In this document: positions 52,626 through 64,000 of the stretch, piece after piece
How the letters are laid out: the number at the start of each line of letters is the position of its first letter
How positions within the stretch are numbered: the first letter of the stretch is position 1
Source: Malacoraja senta
Taxonomy: Eukaryota
Direction: 5' to 3'
DNA: 64,000 bases
Assembly: GCA_038087875.1 (NCBI GenBank)
Contig: CM075990.1
Coordinates: forward strand, 17,362,001 to 17,426,000
Program-made: the position numbers and the translations under genes
The notes under the pieces: generated by a model
What the model was told of the DNA's origin: nothing
Seen by the model: the letters and a program-made list of their open reading frames with translations, nothing else
The model's database searches: none

Positions 52626-53831
52626 CTGACAAGTCTGAAGTAGGGTCTCGACCTGAAACGTCTCCTATTCCTTCACTCCAGTGATGCTGCCTGACCCACT
52701 GAGTTACTCCAGCATTTTATGTCTGTCTTCTGTACAAACCAGCATTTGCAGTTCCTTGTTACACATTTAGTTCCACTTATATTGCTAGCTTTACACACAT
52801 CCACCTGGCCCACTGAGTTCCTCCAGCGCTCTGTGTGTTGCTGAAGATCCCAGCATCTGCAGTTCCTGTGTCTCTACTTTTTGCTCAATGATTAGATCTG
52901 TTAGGATGGGGGGGGGGGAAAGCAAGAAAAAAACATAGATTGCGAGAAAAAAACAACTTTACAATAATCAAACGCCAGAGATGACGACTGTCGCAATAAG
53001 GGGGACGTTTAGGGAACATCACGGAGACGGTGTACACCAAATACTTCACTCGGGAATTGCTGTTTGACCCGCCGGGTTACTCCAGCAACTGCAGATGCTG
53101 GAAATCTAAATGACTTGTTGGAGATGGTCAGCGTGTCAGGCCGCAGCTGTGGGAAGAGAAACAGAGTGTGTGTTTCATGAAACGGCATTTTTAAACTTTG
53201 GTCTTAACCTGTGTGATTTGCCTTTTGATCAACGTATATGGACAGTCCCATAACTCAGAGACTCGGTGGCCCGGGCGTTAGAGAGCATCGCCTGTCTCAG
53301 GACGTGTGGACCAGAGGCCGGGCGCTGTGCCCCGTTTAAGGATGTCCAAACAGGTATATATAACCCGCAAGTGTTTCTCCTCTCACACAGGGCGGAGATT
53401 GCAGATCACGACGTAACTTCTGCACAGAATCCACTGCAGGCGGCTTTCTGTTCTGGGCGCTCCAGTTTTTTTTAAATTTGAATCAAAAATATTTATTCAA
53501 ATATTAATAGTATTTACAATAAAATAAAACAAAGCAGAACCCACCACCATAGTACAAGACAAACAATTATACTAAGTGAACAACTATATTGCAATGCTTG
53601 TCCCCCGCGGTGCCCAGCGGTCCCGGAAATCCCCCCAGGGCGCCCGTGGACAACGTGTAGTCCCTCTCTAACCCCACCCGGGAAAGGGGCAAAGGGCGTT
53701 CCAGGTTTTACCTTGTCGCATGTACAGAGATACAATGAGAAGCTTTGTTTCGCATGCTTGTCGATCAAATCAGGCAATACTATACTTGACTATACAATGC
53801 TATACCTTGTTTCCCTTTCCCCTGACTCTCA

Positions 53832-53863
53832 GTCTGAAGAAGGGTCTCGACCCGAAACGTCAC
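53832..53863 (+). ncRNA. Minimal type I hammerhead ribozyme-like motif in a Penelope terminus (best-preserved copy)
   Basis: GU CUGAAGA A GGGU CUCG ACCC GAAA CG UC AC: intact core, 4-bp stem II, palindromic ACGU in place of stem III; stem I only 2 bp. Confidence 0.6.
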
Positions 53864-54026
53864 CTATTCCTTCTCTCCAGAGATGCTGCCTGTCCCGCTA
53901 AGTTACTCCAGCATGTTGTGTCTATCTTCGGTTTAACCCAGCATCTGCAGTTCCTTCCTTCACATAAATACAACCAGGCCAAAGACAAGAGGTAGAGCGA
54001 AGCGAAAGATACCAGAGTGCAGAATA

Positions 54027-54267
54027 CGGCTCGTACGAGTAAGTAAAAAGTAAAAAACATTTTCATCACGAGTATTTTTTTACTCGTGGACATTTTTCAC
54101 AGTGTTGAAAAAACGTCACGAGTTTACCGGATTTCCCGAGTACCGACCGTTACTCGTACGAGCCGCTACGAGACATCCACGAACTCCTACGGACCCGCTA
54201 CGGACATTCTCCGAGTTCGAATCAGGGGGGAACTCGGGAGAACTCGTACAGTGGGACAGGCCCTTTA
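54027..54267. mobile_element. Truncated palindromic DNA-transposon derivative (MITE, PIF/Harbinger-like end)
   Basis: Perfect 16-bp inverted repeat at 54027-54042 / 54150-54165; CpG-rich; ends agtgggacaggccct-TTA; the left terminus is missing. Confidence 0.55.
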
Positions 54268-55579
54268 CAGTTCCAGAGAATAGCTCCGGATTGGAATTGT
54301 TCCAGAGTTTACTTAGTGCCAATATTATCGTCCTAAGGTACGGAATAAGCTCTTCTGCAAAACACCTCCATGCCGACCAAGTGGTAGAGGTATCCATAAG
54401 TTGGGAGTTCAGAACCTAATTGCCAGAGTTGAAGTTCACGTGGGTAAATTAGAACAGCAGATACTGGATAGGAAATGTTTAGAGTGACATGGGTCGAACA
54501 CAGGGCCATTGGTCACTATGGTCAAAGAGCCTGTTCCTATGATATATAACTCCATAATAGATTACAGGGAAATATGCGTGAGTATGGTGTTGGTCTGAAA
54601 GCTGGCATAAACTCAATGGGTGAATGGCCTCTATATCATAATGCCTGTGAGCATAGGTGAATATTTCCTGCAAATCAAAGTGGTTGGTTCCAATGAAGGA
54701 CACAACAATGGTCAAAAACATTTGTTGCCATGACCATGTGAAAGCAAGTTTGTAGACTGAAGGCATGTGTTCTCTGCTGTAGTTATCATTGATGGAGGAC
54801 CATTATCAGCTGCTGTATAGTCATTAGTAACATACTGCAGCGTTGGGAGATGTTAAATATGGGAAATGATATTTATGTCAACATTGACAGGGCTTTGGTG
54901 TTGTCAAGTGAAGGATACCACTGGGTGGAAAAGACCTTGGATTCATTCTTAAACTACCTCTGATCTCTTCAGTCTAGTAATATAGTACGTGCACATCCAT
55001 TAGTGCTTAATTAATTATGGATATGACTAATCAAATCACTGTCTTTAAAGAGTGAATTTATTCATGTCTATCTTATTTTTCATGATTTAAAGCTTTTGTT
55101 ACTCCCCTTGGTGACCATGGGAATAAAGAGCTTAATGTCAATGGAGTGAATCTACCAGTGAATGTAAAGTTGACTCAGAATTGAGAAATGGTGAACAAAG
55201 CCTCTGTTCTATAGAGCCTTCCTTGTCATTGAGACACACATGGTTTTTAAATCGTGCTAAATGGTATTGAAATGTCATCAAGGTGGAAAGAATGGAGGAA
55301 GATTTATGAGGATGTTGCCAGGACTGAGGACCTGAGCTATAGAGAGAGATTGGGCAGGCTAGGACTTTGTTCAAATGGCCAAATGGCCTACTCTTGCACC
55401 TATATTCTATGCTTCTATGTTTCTATTCCTTGGAGCGCAAGAGGCTGAGAGGTTTTATACACTTCTTGAAGTGTATAACATCATTCAGGAAACAGATAAG
55501 TTGTATACACAGAGTCTTTTACCCAGAGTAGGGGAATCAAGAACTAGAAGACACAGGTTGAAGATGAGAGGGGAAACAT

Positions 55580-56164
55580 AGATACATAGAAACATAGAAA
55601 ATAGGTGCAGGAGTAGACCATTCGGCCCTTCGAGCCTGTATCGCCATTCAATATGATCATGGCTGATCATCCAACTCAGTATCCCGTACCTGCCTTCTCT
55701 CCATACCCCCTGATCCCCTTAGCCACAAGGGCCACATCTAACTCCCTCTTAAATATAGCCAATGAACTGGCCTCAACTACCCTCTGTGGCAGAGAGTTCC
55801 AGAGATTCACCACTCTCTGTGTGAAAAAGTTTTTCCTCATCTCGGTCTTAAAGGATTTCCCCCTTATCCTTAAGCTGTGACCCCTTGTCCTGGACTTCCC
55901 CAACATCGGGAACAATCTTCCTGCATCTAGCCTGTCCAACCCCATAAGAATTTTGTACGTTTCTATAAGATCCCCTCTCAATCTCCTAAATTCTAGCGAG
56001 TATAAGCCAAGTCTATCCAGTCTTTCTTCATATGAAAGTCCTGCCATCCCAGGAATCAGTCTGGTGAACCTTCTCTGCACTCCCTCTATGGCTATAATGT
56101 CCTTCCTCAGATTTGGAGGCCAAAACTGTACGCAATACTCCAGGTGTGGTCTCACCAAGACCCT
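55580..56164 (-). mobile_element. Young CR1 (HER1-like) LINE, 5'-truncated, with 7-bp TSD
   Basis: ORF 55676-56158 is nearly identical to the 14859 copy; gaaacat duplicated at 55573-55579 and 56165-56171; inserted in an older + strand CR1 (about 55270-56425). Confidence 0.92.
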
Positions 56165-56705
56165 GAAACATTTAATAGGAAGCCAAGGAGCAACATTTTC
56201 ATACAGAGGGTGGGTGTATATCGAGTGATCTGCCAGAGGAGGTAGTTGAGGCCAGTATTATAACATCATTTAAAAGGCATTTGACCAGGAATATGGATTG
56301 GAAATGTTTAGAGGTATATGAGGCAAACACGGGCAAATGGGACTGGCATAGATTTAGCATCTTGGTTGGCACGGACAAGTTGGGCTGAAGGGTCTGTGTT
56401 TGTGCTGTGTGGATTTATGCCTCTAGACTATATGAAGTTTAGATTGTGTTGTAGTGTAGAAAACACAACAAACTCCCCAAACCAATAACGTGACAATGCA
56501 CAGACCTTTAGTGATGTTGACGAGATATAACTGGTGCGGTAGAGAGGTACCTGCTATAATGTGGATTCACACACCCATGAGAGCATCTATCTCAACATCT
56601 ATCCAAAGGTACCACCTCCAACACTATCCAATTTGAACAGATTAACCCAGTTAAGTTGGTCTTATTATCATTTGGACAACAATTTGAACTCAGGTTTTCA
56701 TCTGG

Positions 56706-58492
56706 AGTCAAGTCAAGTCAAGTCACATTTATTTATATAGCACATCTAAAAAACAACTCTCGTTGGCCAAAGTGCTTTACATTTGTTATAAGAATAGCAC
56801 AAACAAAACAAACTACATACATATATACATATAGCCCTCACTCAGAGGACATCAGGAAAGGCTTGGGAGTATAGATAGGTCTTTAGTCTTGACTTAAAAG
56901 AGTCGATGGAGGGGGCGGTTCTGATGGGAAAGGGGATGCTGTTCCACAGTCATGGGGCTGCAACCGCAAAGGCGCGGTCGCCCCTGAGCTTATGCCTAGA
57001 CCGTGGGATATTCAGCAACCCCAAGTCGGCCGATCTGAGGGGCCTGGAGGTGGAGTGGTGGGTGAGAAGACTTTTTATGTAGGTGGGGGCAAGCCCATTG
57101 AGGGCTTTGTAGACATGGAGGAGGATCTTGAAGTTTATACGGAACCGCACAGGGAGCCAGTGGAGAGAGGCCAGGATCGGGGTGATGTGGTCCCTTTTTC
57201 GGGTGCCCGTCAGGAGTCTCGCTGCGGCGTTTTGGACCAGTTGCAGGCGGGACAGGGAAGATTGGCTGATGCCAGTGTAAAGGGAGTTGCAGTAATCTAG
57301 GTGGGAGGAGATGAATGTGTGGATGATCTTTTCCAGGTCATCAAACTGGAGGAATTGTTTTATTTTAGCTATCGTCTGAAGCTGAAAGAAGCTAGCTTTT
57401 ACCATGGCATTGACTTGTTTGTCAAATTTCAGTGCTGAGTCAAATATCACACCAAGGTTTTTGACATGAGGTTTGAGTAGTGGGGTAAGGCTTCCAAGGC
57501 TGCCTGCTATCATTTTGATTGAGTCCGAGGGGCCGAGAAGGATGACGTCAGACATACTCTCGTTTAGTTGGAGGAAGTTCTGGGCCATCCAACACTTTAT
57601 ATCCTCGAGGCAGTGGGTAAGGTTAAACAGATTTGATTGGTTTTGGGGCTTCAGGGGGAGATAGAGTTGTGTATCATCTGCGTAGCAATGGAAGGAAATG
57701 CCGTGCCTTTCAATGACTTGGCCTAAGGGGAGCATATACAGGGAGAAGAGAATGGGGCCAAGGATGGAACCTTGTGGAACCCCACAGCACAGATTAGCTG
57801 GGGAGGAGAATGAGTTGCCTATGTTAGCTGAGAAACTCCTACCTTTGAGGTAGGAGATGAACCAGCTCAGGGCAGTGCCATCAATACCAACCCCATACCG
57901 GAGATGGTCAATTAGGATGGTGTGGTCGACAGTATTAAATGCTGCGCTGAGGTCAAGAAGGAGCAGGATTGCACAGTCGCCGGAGTCAACGGTGAGCAGT
58001 AGGTCATTGTGTACCTTCAACAAGGCAGACTCTGTGCTATGGTGAGCCCTGAAACCTGATTGGAAAGTTTCCAAGATAGCGTTTTGGTGAAGGTAAGGCA
58101 TAAGTTGACTTAAAATTACCTTTTCAAGGGCTTTTGAGAGGAAAGGCAGTTTAGAAATGGGCCTGTAGTTGCTTGGCAAGGTGGGGTCGAGGTTGGGTTT
58201 TTTCAGGAGTGGTTGGACCACCGCATGCTTGAAGCAGGTAGGTACAGTGCCAGTGGCCAGAGAGCTGTTGAAGATGGCGAGGATGCTGGGTCCAGCTGTT
58301 GTAATGATGTCCTTTAGGAGGGCAGAGGGGACAGTGTCGAGGGGGCAGGTAGTAGGTTTCATGGTGGTGATCAGTTTTACAAGGGAGGGTAGAGTAACGG
58401 GTTGGAAATGGTCTAATTTTGAAGAGCAGACCAATGAGACAGCCAGGTCACGGGTGGGAGGGGAAATATTCGTTCTTATATTCTTTACCTTG
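56706..58492 (-). mobile_element. L2-clade LINE, 5'-truncated, with RT domain open
   Basis: NYRPISKLPFLSK, FQSGFRAHHSTE, LLDLSAAFNTVDH, GVPQGSILGP, YADDTQLY, HITPILASLHWLPV. One nonsense codon at 56950-56952, after which the frame continues LWNSIP...AFPDVL* (56842); (ttgac)n tail. Confidence 0.92.
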
Positions 58493-58568
58493 CTTGTGGA
58501 GGGGGAGATGAATATTCTGTCTTGTGGCACAAAGACCACGGAGGTACAGTGACAATGCATAGAACTGA

Positions 58569-60022
58569 CATAAACATAGAAACATAGAAAATAGGTGCAG
58601 GAGTAGGCCATTCGGCCCTTCGAGCCTGCACCGCCATTCGATATGATCATGGCTGATCATCCAACTCAGTATCCCATCCCTGCCTTCTCTCCATACCCCC
58701 TGATCCCTTTAGCCACAAGGGCCACATCTAACCCTCTCTTAAATATAGCCAATGAACTGGCAGAGGATTCCACAGATTCACCACTCTCTGTGTAAAAAAT
58801 GATTTTCTCATCTCGGTCCTAAAAGACTTCCCTCTTATCCTTAAACTGACCCCTAGTTCTGGACTTCCCCAACATCGGGAATAATCTTCCTGCATCTAGC
58901 CTGTCCAACCCCTTAAGAATTTTGTAAGTTTCTATAAGATCCCCCCTCAATCTTCTAAATTCTAGCGAGTACAAGCCAAGTCTATCCAGTCTTTCATCAT
59001 ATGAAAGTCCTGCCATCCCAGGAATCAGTCTGGTGAACCTTCTCTGCACTCCCTCTATGGCAATAATATCTTTCCTCAGATTAGGAGACCAAAACTGTAC
59101 GCAATACTCCAGGTGTGGTCTCACCAAGACCCTGTACAACTGCAGTAGAATCTCCCTGCTCTTATACTCAAATCCTTTTGCTATGAATGCTAAGTACCAT
59201 TTGCTTTCTTCACTGCCTGCTGCACCTGCATGCCTACTTTCAATGATTGGTGTACCATGACACCCAGGTCTCGTTGCATCTCCCCTTTTCCTAATCGGCC
59301 ACCATTCAGATAATAGTCTACTTTCCTGTTTTTGCCACCAAAGTGGATAACCTCACATTTATCCACATTATACTGCATCTGCCATGCATTTGCCCGCTCA
59401 CCCAACCTATCCAAGTCACCTTGCAGCCTCCTAGCATCCTCCTCACAGCTAACACTGCCCCCCAGCTTCGTGTCATCCGCAAACTTGGAGATGTTGCATT
59501 CAATTCCCTCATCCAAATCATTAATATATCTTGTAAATAGCTGGGGTCCCAGCACTGAGCCTTGCGGTACCCCACTAGTCACTGCCTGCCATTGTGAAAA
59601 GGACCCGTTTACTCCTACTCTTTGCTTCCTGTCTGCCAGCCAGTTCTCTATCCACATCAATACTGAACCCCCAATACCGTGTGCTTTAAGTTTGCATACT
59701 AATCTCTTATGTGGGACCTTGTCGAAAGCCTTCTGAAAGTCCAGATATAACACATCCACTGGTTCTCCCTTATCCACCCTACTAGTTACATCCTCGAAAA
59801 ATTCTATAAGATTCGTCAGACATGATTTACCTTTCATAAATCCATGCTGACTTTGTCCAATGAATTCACCACTTTCCAAATGTGCTGCTATCCCATCTTT
59901 AATAAATGACTCCAGAATTTCCCCCACCACCGATGTTAGACTAACTGGTCTGTAATTCCCCGTTTTCTCTCTCCCTCCCTTTTTAAAAAGTGGGGTTACA
60001 TTAGCTACCCTCCAGTCCTCAG
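58569..60022 (-). mobile_element. Young CR1 (HER1-like) LINE, 5'-truncated, RT domain present, frameshifted downstream
   Basis: PEDWRVANVTPLFKKG, NYRPVSLTS, YLDFQKAFDKVPH, GVPQGSVLGP, FADDTKLGG; indels near 59193, 58848 and 58760; (ttctatgt) tail. Confidence 0.93.
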
Positions 60023-61630
60023 GAGGTGAAGAAGGTGAAAGTGTACCTTGTATACAGAACTGAATAACACCGAACCTTGGCTTAAAATCCCAGATGCAAA
60101 TTGTCACATGAAGCTAAATCCATGAAGAACGGTTCGGCACATACAAAGCTGCAATTAGAAATGACAGAACAAAAATATGAGATTAAGGTTTTCATCAAAA
60201 GGATATTATCACACAATAATAAATTAGCATATGGTCTTTGACCAAAATGCATTAGCTAAAAAAAACCTGAAAAGATAAGTTATTAATTTAATTAACAGGA
60301 AGATATATTCAACTCATTTTCAACTAAATTGATACCAGATAATAACTTTATAATGATTGTACATCACACTTCACCGAGAGGAAGAAACTGCTCCTAACTT
60401 ATTTATTAGCCAGTAGTCTATTCTGTGCTGAATGAAATGCTGGAGGAGCTTAATGGGTCAGGCCGCATCTGTGGAGGGAATGGCCAGGTGATGGGACCCT
60501 TCTTCAGACACAAAATGTCACCTATCTATTCCATCACAGGTGCTGCGGGACCTGATGATTCACTCCACACCTTGTGTTTCACTTCGGAGTTCAGCATTGT
60601 GTTCTTTGCTGTTCATACGCTCACAAGTTCGATCTATCTTTCCGTCTTAACCCCATTCTCCTGCCTTTTTCCCTTAACCCCTGACACCCATACTAATTTT
60701 GAATCAACCTATCTCTGCCTTAAAAACATCCATTGACTTGGGCTCCATGCTTCTGTTGCACACACATTTCTCTCAGCTTACTTTCAATGTACAATATTAA
60801 CAGCACATTGCACCTGTGTGCTGCCACACCAGGATCCCAGTTTGAGCCTCGTTTTCTCTCTCGGTCAAATTCAAACAACTTTTTAAAATATAAAGTTGGC
60901 CCAATTTTTGCCCTATCACCTTCTCCTTGTTCCTCTCCGGTTGAATGCGCTACCATTCAGAACTGACCCCCATTGATAATTTATTATCAATGATAATTTA
61001 TTTTTGTTTAGTTTATTATTGCCACGTGTACTGAGATACAGTGAAAGGGTTTTGTTTATGTCCTGTCCAGTCGAAGAAAAGACTGTACATGATTACAATC
61101 AAGTTGTCTGCAATATACAGATAAAGGATAAAGGGCACAACATTTAGTGCAAGATAAAATCCAATCAAGTCCAATTAAAGTTATCCCATTTTAGGCAAGT
61201 TTAATGATAATATTTCATTCCTAGTGATACAGTAGCAATCGTATTTTGTTTACTGTTTCACCATAACTCCTGCCAATGAAAGCTTTACCTCATTGATAAA
61301 GATCTCATCTTGGAAGAATAATTAATTGCATCTGTTGTTGCAAAAATCAAATCAAGATTCACAGACAAATTCTCATTTCAATTAGTTCCCTCCAAATACA
61401 GATAATTTCCAAAAGTGCTCCTTTAACAAAAGAAATTAAAGTGTCTTTTCTTTTTTTAAAGAATTTTAAAGTTCCTCCATACAACCTCCCTGTTGTTCTA
61501 AATGATATCCCAAACAGCTCAATTGTCATTTTTAATTTGCAGCAAGGGCAGACTCAAAGGTTTTCTGAAGCAAGGTTTAGAACATAGAGGAGTGCAGCGC
61601 AGGAACAGGTCCACCGGCCCACAATATCTA

Positions 61631-63248
61631 CAGTGGCTTGCAAAAGTATTCATACCCCTTGAACTTTTCCACATTTTGTCACGTTACAACCACAAATGTA
61701 AATGTATTTTATTGGGATTTTATGTGATAGACCAACACAAAGTGGCGCATAATTGTGAAGTGGAAGGAACATGATACATGGTTTTCAAATTTTTTTACAA
61801 ATAAAAAACTGAAAAGTGTCGCATGCAAAAGTATTCAGCCCCCTTTACTCTGATACCCCAAAATAAAATCCAGTGCAACCAATTGCCTTCAGAAGTCACC
61901 TAATTAGTAAATAGAGTCCACTTGTGTGTAATCTAATCTCAGTATAAATACAGCTGTTCTGTGAAGGCCTCAGAGGTTTGTTAGAGAACATTAGTGAACA
62001 AACAGCATCATGAAGCCAAAGGAACACACCAGACAGGTCAGGGATAAAGTTGTGGAGAAGTTTAAAGCAGGGTTAGGTTATACAAAAATATCCCAAGCTT
62101 TGAACATCTCACGGAGCACTGTTCAATCCATCATCCGAAAATGGAAAGAGTATGGCACAACTGCAAACCTACCAAGACATGGCCGTCCACCTAAACTGAC
62201 AGGCCGGGCAAGGAGAGCATTGATCAGAGAAGCAGCCAAGAGGCCCATGGTAACTCTGGAGGAGCTGCAGAGATCCACAGCTCAGGTGGGAGAATCTGTC
62301 CACAGGACAACTATTAGTCGTGCACTCCACAAATCGGACCTTTATGGAAGAGTGGCAAGAAGAAAGCCATTGTTGAAAAAAAGCCATAAGAAGTCCCGTT
62401 TGCAGTTTGCCACAAGCCATGTGGGGGACACAGCAAACATGTGGAGGAAGGTGGTCTGGTCAGATGAGACCAAAATTGAAGTTTTTGGCCTAAATGCAAA
62501 ACGCTATGTGTGGCGGAAAACTAACACTGCACATCACCCTGAACACACCATCCCCACTGTGAAACATGGTGGTGGCAGCATCATGCTGTGGGGATGCTTT
62601 TCTTCAGCAGGGACAGGGAAGCTGGTCAGAGTTGATGGGAAGATGGATGGAGCCAAATACAGGGCAATCTTGGAAGAAAACCTGTTAGAGTCTGCAAAAG
62701 ACTTGAGACTGGGGCGGAGGTTCACCTTCCAGCAGGACAACGACCCTAAACATACAGCCAGAGCTACAATGGAATGGTTTAGATCAAAGCATATTCATGT
62801 GTTAGAATGGCCCAGTCAAAGTCCAGACCTAAATCCAATTGAGAATCTCTGGCAAGACTTGAAAATTGCTGTTCACAGACGCTCTCCATCCAAACTGACT
62901 GAGCTTGAGCTATTTTGCAAAGAAGAATGGGCACAAATTTCAGCTGGTAGAGACACAAAAGCTGGTAGAGACATACCTCAAAAGACTTGCAGCTGTAATT
63001 GCAGCGAAAGGTGGTTCTACAAAGTATTGACTCAGGGGGGCTGAATACTTTTGCACGTGACACTTTTCAGGTTTTTATTTGCAAAAAAATTTGAAAACCA
63101 TGTATCATTTTCCTTCCACTTCACAATTATGCACCACTTTGTGTTGGTCTATCACATAAAATCCCAATAAAATACATTTACGTTTGTGGTTGTAACGTGA
63201 CAAAATGTGGAAAAGTTCAAGGGGTATGAATACTTTTGCAAGCTACTG
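61631..63248 (+). mobile_element. Full-length Tc1-family IR/DR DNA transposon (Passport/Eagle/Glan-like), 1618 bp
   Basis: TA duplication at 61629-61630 and 63249-63250; about 213-bp TIRs starting CAGT with tgcaaaagtattca at both the outer and inner ends; DD34E transposase. Confidence 0.96.
62010..63030 (+). pseudogene. Tc1 DD34E transposase, open except for a C-terminal frameshift
   Basis: GRPPK, WSDETK, QQDNDPKH, SPDLNPIENLW with 34 residues between D and E. The canonical end KLVETYLKRLAAVIAAKGGSTKY* (TGA 63028-63030) lies in a shifted frame after about 62958. Confidence 0.92.
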
Positions 63249-64000
63249 TATGTAGAACATGATGGCAAGTTAAACTAATATGCTCTGCCTGCACATGATC
63301 CATGTCATCCCATCCCCACATATCCATGTGTAGACATCAGGCAGGCATTTGGCCAGCAGTGGGTGAGAGACATTGCCACACCAGTCTTGTTGGTAGTTTG
63401 AAGGAATTAGCTATGAGCAATTCCTTTCACATTTATCCTTAATCGATCATAAAGTTGCATGAAAATGACCCTAAACTCTGACATCAACCCATGCCATGGA
63501 ATACATTAGTTTCTGTGCTGTGTGACTCTATGACTGTGACCTGCCCAACAGCTGAACACAACCACGTTTGACGTTTAAGAATTTTAAAGTTCCTGCATAT
63601 ATCCTCCCTGTTGACCTTTGGTGTAATATGATTGGGACATTTCAGTTTTAGACCTTAGAGAACCTACCGGCAAAAAATAACCACAACAATTTTAAAAAAC
63701 CTTGCCTGAAATGTAACTAAAAACAGAAAATACTGTAGAAAGTTCTGTACTGTAGAATAGAAAACTCAGTGTGTATATAGACACACTGAACTTGTATCTC
63801 CTGTTCTGTATTATGTTCACATATTCTGTTGTGCTGCAGCAAGCAAGAATTTCATTGTCCTATCTGGAACACATGACAATAAAACTCTCTTGACTCTTGA
63901 CACCCTCTGCATGTCAGGCTACTTCAATGTGAGGAGAAACGGAGGTAACATTTCACGACAAACTCCGTTTCACTTCCCACAGACTCGGACAGACTTGCTG

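Noticed and set aside
58493..58650. N-terminus of the 566-aa ORF as a true start or a CR1-L2 fusion protein
   Set aside because: It is read-through of the adjacent CR1 3' UTR into a truncated L2; chance in-frame juxtaposition
63985..64000. Minus-strand CAG CAA|gtctgt as the end of the DRGX ...TLQQ exon
   Set aside because: Only two codons are visible, the donor is weak, and the following exon was not found downstream

Overview
Eukaryotic, repeat-rich vertebrate DNA, most likely a cartilaginous fish (skate/ray). The host is inferred from the HE1/V-SINE-like, CR1/HER1-like, Rex1/Babar and Penelope repeats. Two convergent host genes are present in the same order and orientation as at human 10q11.23. 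C10orf71/CEFIP is a single coding exon of about 1243 aa (+, 20073-23804). DRGX/PRRXL1 is represented by its last three coding exons (-, 46171-45999, 45645-45533, 39134-38872); its 5' exons are not visible and may lie in the 200-N gap at 48564-48763 or beyond the window. The rest is mostly nested mobile DNA: a near-intact Passport-like IR/DR Tc1 element (61631-63248), a long L2 RT fragment, three young CR1 copies, many SINEs and dozens of Penelope-derived termini. The most unusual signal is that the Penelope termini carry a minimal hammerhead-ribozyme core (CUGAAGA-A-GGGU-CUCG-ACCC-GAAA-CG-UC). These termini occur as short palindromic insertions with 12-22 bp target-site duplications and as 66-bp tandem arrays sharing one breakpoint. 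Family assignments come from recalled motifs, not database searches, and repeat boundaries are approximate.
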